From positions 372,001 through 436,000 of the forward strand of contig NIVC01000421.1 in assembly GCA_002269645.1 (NCBI GenBank): a stretch of 64,000 bases of DNA, in the 5' to 3' direction. Below the pieces are notes generated by a model, which was given only the letters and a program-made list of their open reading frames with translations, was not told the DNA's origin and did not search any database. Numbering within the stretch: position 1 is the stretch's first letter; the number at the start of each line of letters is the position of its first letter. The position numbers were made by a program, and so were the translations under genes. Shown here piece after piece: positions 61,758 to 64,000 of the stretch. The stretch is from Macrostomum lignano (Eukaryota).

Positions 61758-61789
61758 CTGTGGGATTTAGCAGTAATTACTGTGATTTA

Positions 61790-62122
61790 GTGAAGATTGG
61801 TAGATTCGGTGAAGATTGGCAGATTCGGTGAAGATTGGCAGATTCGGTGAAGATTGGCACATTCAGTGAAGATTGGCAGATTCGGTGAGGTGAAGATTGG
61901 CAGATTCGGTGACGATTGGCAGATTCGGTGAAGATTGGCAGATTCGGTGAAGATTGGCAGATTCGGTGAAGATTGGCAGATTCGGTGAAGATTGGCAGAT
62001 TCGGTGAAGATTGGCAGATTCGGTGACGATTGGCAGATTCGGTGAAGATTGGCAGATTCAGTGACGATTGGCAGATTCAGTGAAGATTGGCAGATTCGGT
62101 GAAGATTGGCAGATTCGGTGAG
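61790..62122. repeat. 19-bp minisatellite GAAGATTGGCAGATTCGGT
   Basis: Upstream of the EXOSC7 acceptor (putative outron or intron). Confidence 0.96.
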
Positions 62123-62693
62123 GCTAACCAAATCTACGGCCAAGATAATTTCTTTCTACAAAAAATAAGGCTTAAAAATATCATCAATTAAAAAAATAAG
62201 CATTAATTTTATTTATTGAAGTTTCATAAAAACTGAAATTAACATTAAGAACGCTTGGTTACAGTCAATTTCAACATTTTATAAGCAAATAATGCACTAA
62301 AATGCAAGTAAAGAAATTAGTAAGTTTCGAACTCGACTACAATTAAAGACATACAAGACGTAGACGTACTTGATTAAAATGTTTGTTATGTTTCTAGGAT
62401 AAATTGTTAAAGTTAATAAAAAACAATTACAATAAAGTATAAGATTGGACATAAATCAACCAGATAGTAGATACCATAGATACGAGAATGACTATGCAAC
62501 TAAAATAGTTAAAAAGTAGAGCGTCTACTCTTTTTCTTAATAGTTTGTCTGCGCAGTGTCATTTAAATTAATGTGGCAGCTAAAATGACCTTTCCTTCCT
62601 AGGTTTTGCAGCCTCAGGAGCATATGGGGTTAAGACTAATGTAGCTTTTTGCAGCCCATTTGGGCTTACACACATTGGATTCAATCCAATATA

Positions 62694-64000
62694 CGTTTGC
62701 CAATGTAACGGAGCTTTTGTCTATGGTAGCAAGGCTGCCACAGCGGCATTTAACTTGGTCCAACAAGCATCAATTTGGTCCAAACGCTCGCTCGTGAGCC
62801 ATTCGGCAAACTCTTGCTTTTGGCAACTGCCTGCAGGTTGTTGCGTACCGCTGGAATGTCAGCGTCTCCACCAACAATTTTCTGTCGCCTTTCCACAGCT
62901 CTCTGTAAACCATCTTTTCTTTGAACCATATGCTGGGCTGTCGAACCATTGGCTTGTGATTGAAGCACTGAACAGAGGTGAATACCCAAAGGACATTGCA
63001 AGGCTGCTGAATGTAAAAGAAAATATGGTTTACAGCATCCATCAGCGCGTTGAAACCACTGGCGGCAGAGGTCGCCTGCGAAAGGGTGGCAATCGCCAAG
63101 GCAAGTTGCGAGAGCCTCAGGTCCAACTGCTACTCGATGCAGTTGAGAAACCCTTTGTTAACGGTGCAAAAATGCAGCAGAAGCTGAAGGAACAGTTCCA
63201 GTTGGTTATCAGATTTCGACTATTGGCAGTGCTATGGAAAAGCGACTGGAAACTGCTGGTAGAGACGCTGAAATTCCAGCCGTTGCGAAAGGCAGTTGCG
63301 AAAAGGCAAGAGTCTGCCGAATGGCTCACGAGCGTTTGGACCAAATTGATGCTTGTTGGACCAAATTGATACTTGTTGGACCAAATTGATGCTTGTTGGA
63401 CCAAATTGATACTTGTTGGACCAAATTGATACTTGTTGGACCAAATTGATGCTTGTTGGACCAAATTGATACTTGTTGGACCAAATTGATGCTTGTTGGA
63501 CCAAATTGATACTTGTTGGACCAAATTGATACTTGTTGGACCAAATTGATGCTTGTTGGACCAAATTGATGCTTGTTGGACCAAATTGATACTTGTTGGA
63601 CCAAATTGATGCTTGTTGGACCAAATTGATGCTTGTTGGACCAAATTGATACTTGTTGGACCAAATTGATGCTTGTTGGACCAAATTGATTTGTTGGACC
63701 AAATTGATGCTTGTTGGACCAAATTGATGCTTGTTGGACCAAATTGATACTTGTTGGACCAAATTGATGCTTGTTGGACCAAATTGATGCTTGTTGGACC
63801 AAATTGATACTTGTTGGACCAAATTGATGCTTGTTGGACCAAATTGATACTTGTTGGACCAAATTGATGCTTGTTGGACCAAATTGATGCTTGTTGGACC
63901 AAATTGATGCTTGTTGGACCAAATTGATACTTGTTGGACCAAATCAAATGCCACTGTGCCAGCCTTGCTACCATAGACAAAAGCTCCATTGCATTGGCAA
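62694..64000 (+). mobile_element. Internally deleted Tc1/IS630-like element with ~200-bp TIRs; the right end runs off the window
   Basis: 62697-62900 is the imperfect reverse complement of 63225-63340 plus 63940-64000. Internal HTH-like ORF IEALNRGEYPKDIARLLNVKENMVYSI...GGNRQGKL. TA at 62692-93. Confidence 0.8.
63335..63945. repeat. 20-bp minisatellite GGACCAAATTGATRCTTGTT inside the right TIR
   Basis: About 30 copies; the left TIR has a single unit. Confidence 0.97.

Overview
Eukaryotic (animal) genomic DNA. The gene architecture, the minisatellite-packed introns and an ATG-less first exon suggest a free-living flatworm of the Macrostomum type; this is inference and was not verified. I could reconstruct nine host genes by hand from splice sites. 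On the + strand: a 5'-partial prokaryote-like SLC6/NSS transporter (492-6221), an intronless RAD6/UBE2A (21187-21654), a GPI-type C-type lectin (24516-26199), LIPT1 (27531-29386), REXO4 (31228-32585) and Dlx (42012-46392). On the - strand: a myristoylated NCS/recoverin-like EF-hand gene (38914-34070), VPS18 (53822-47877) and EXOSC7/RRP42 (61757-60246). About 10-23.3 kb is an AT-rich stack of DNA transposons: a Kolobok-like shell, a 4-bp-TSD MITE, two mariners, hAT fragments and a hAT MITE, a two-gene EnSpm/CACTA element and a foldback element. One NCS intron holds a solo-LTR-like element with a young, GC-rich RT-RNase H LINE inserted in it. The most interesting observations are: (1) EXOSC7 has no ATG and probably gets its initiator from a trans-spliced leader ending in AUG; (2) almost every long intron of the housekeeping/transporter genes is filled by its own unique minisatellite; (3) an 83-bp retrotransposon gag zinc-knuckle fragment sits cleanly inside a mariner TIR; (4) a minisatellite has expanded from a single motif in only one TIR arm of a Tc1-like element; (5) three Dlx splice acceptors 7 nt apart give all three reading frames. 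A 3.07-kb tandem duplication and a homopolymer frameshift may be assembly artefacts. Most long ORFs in the supplied track are repeat translations, not genes.
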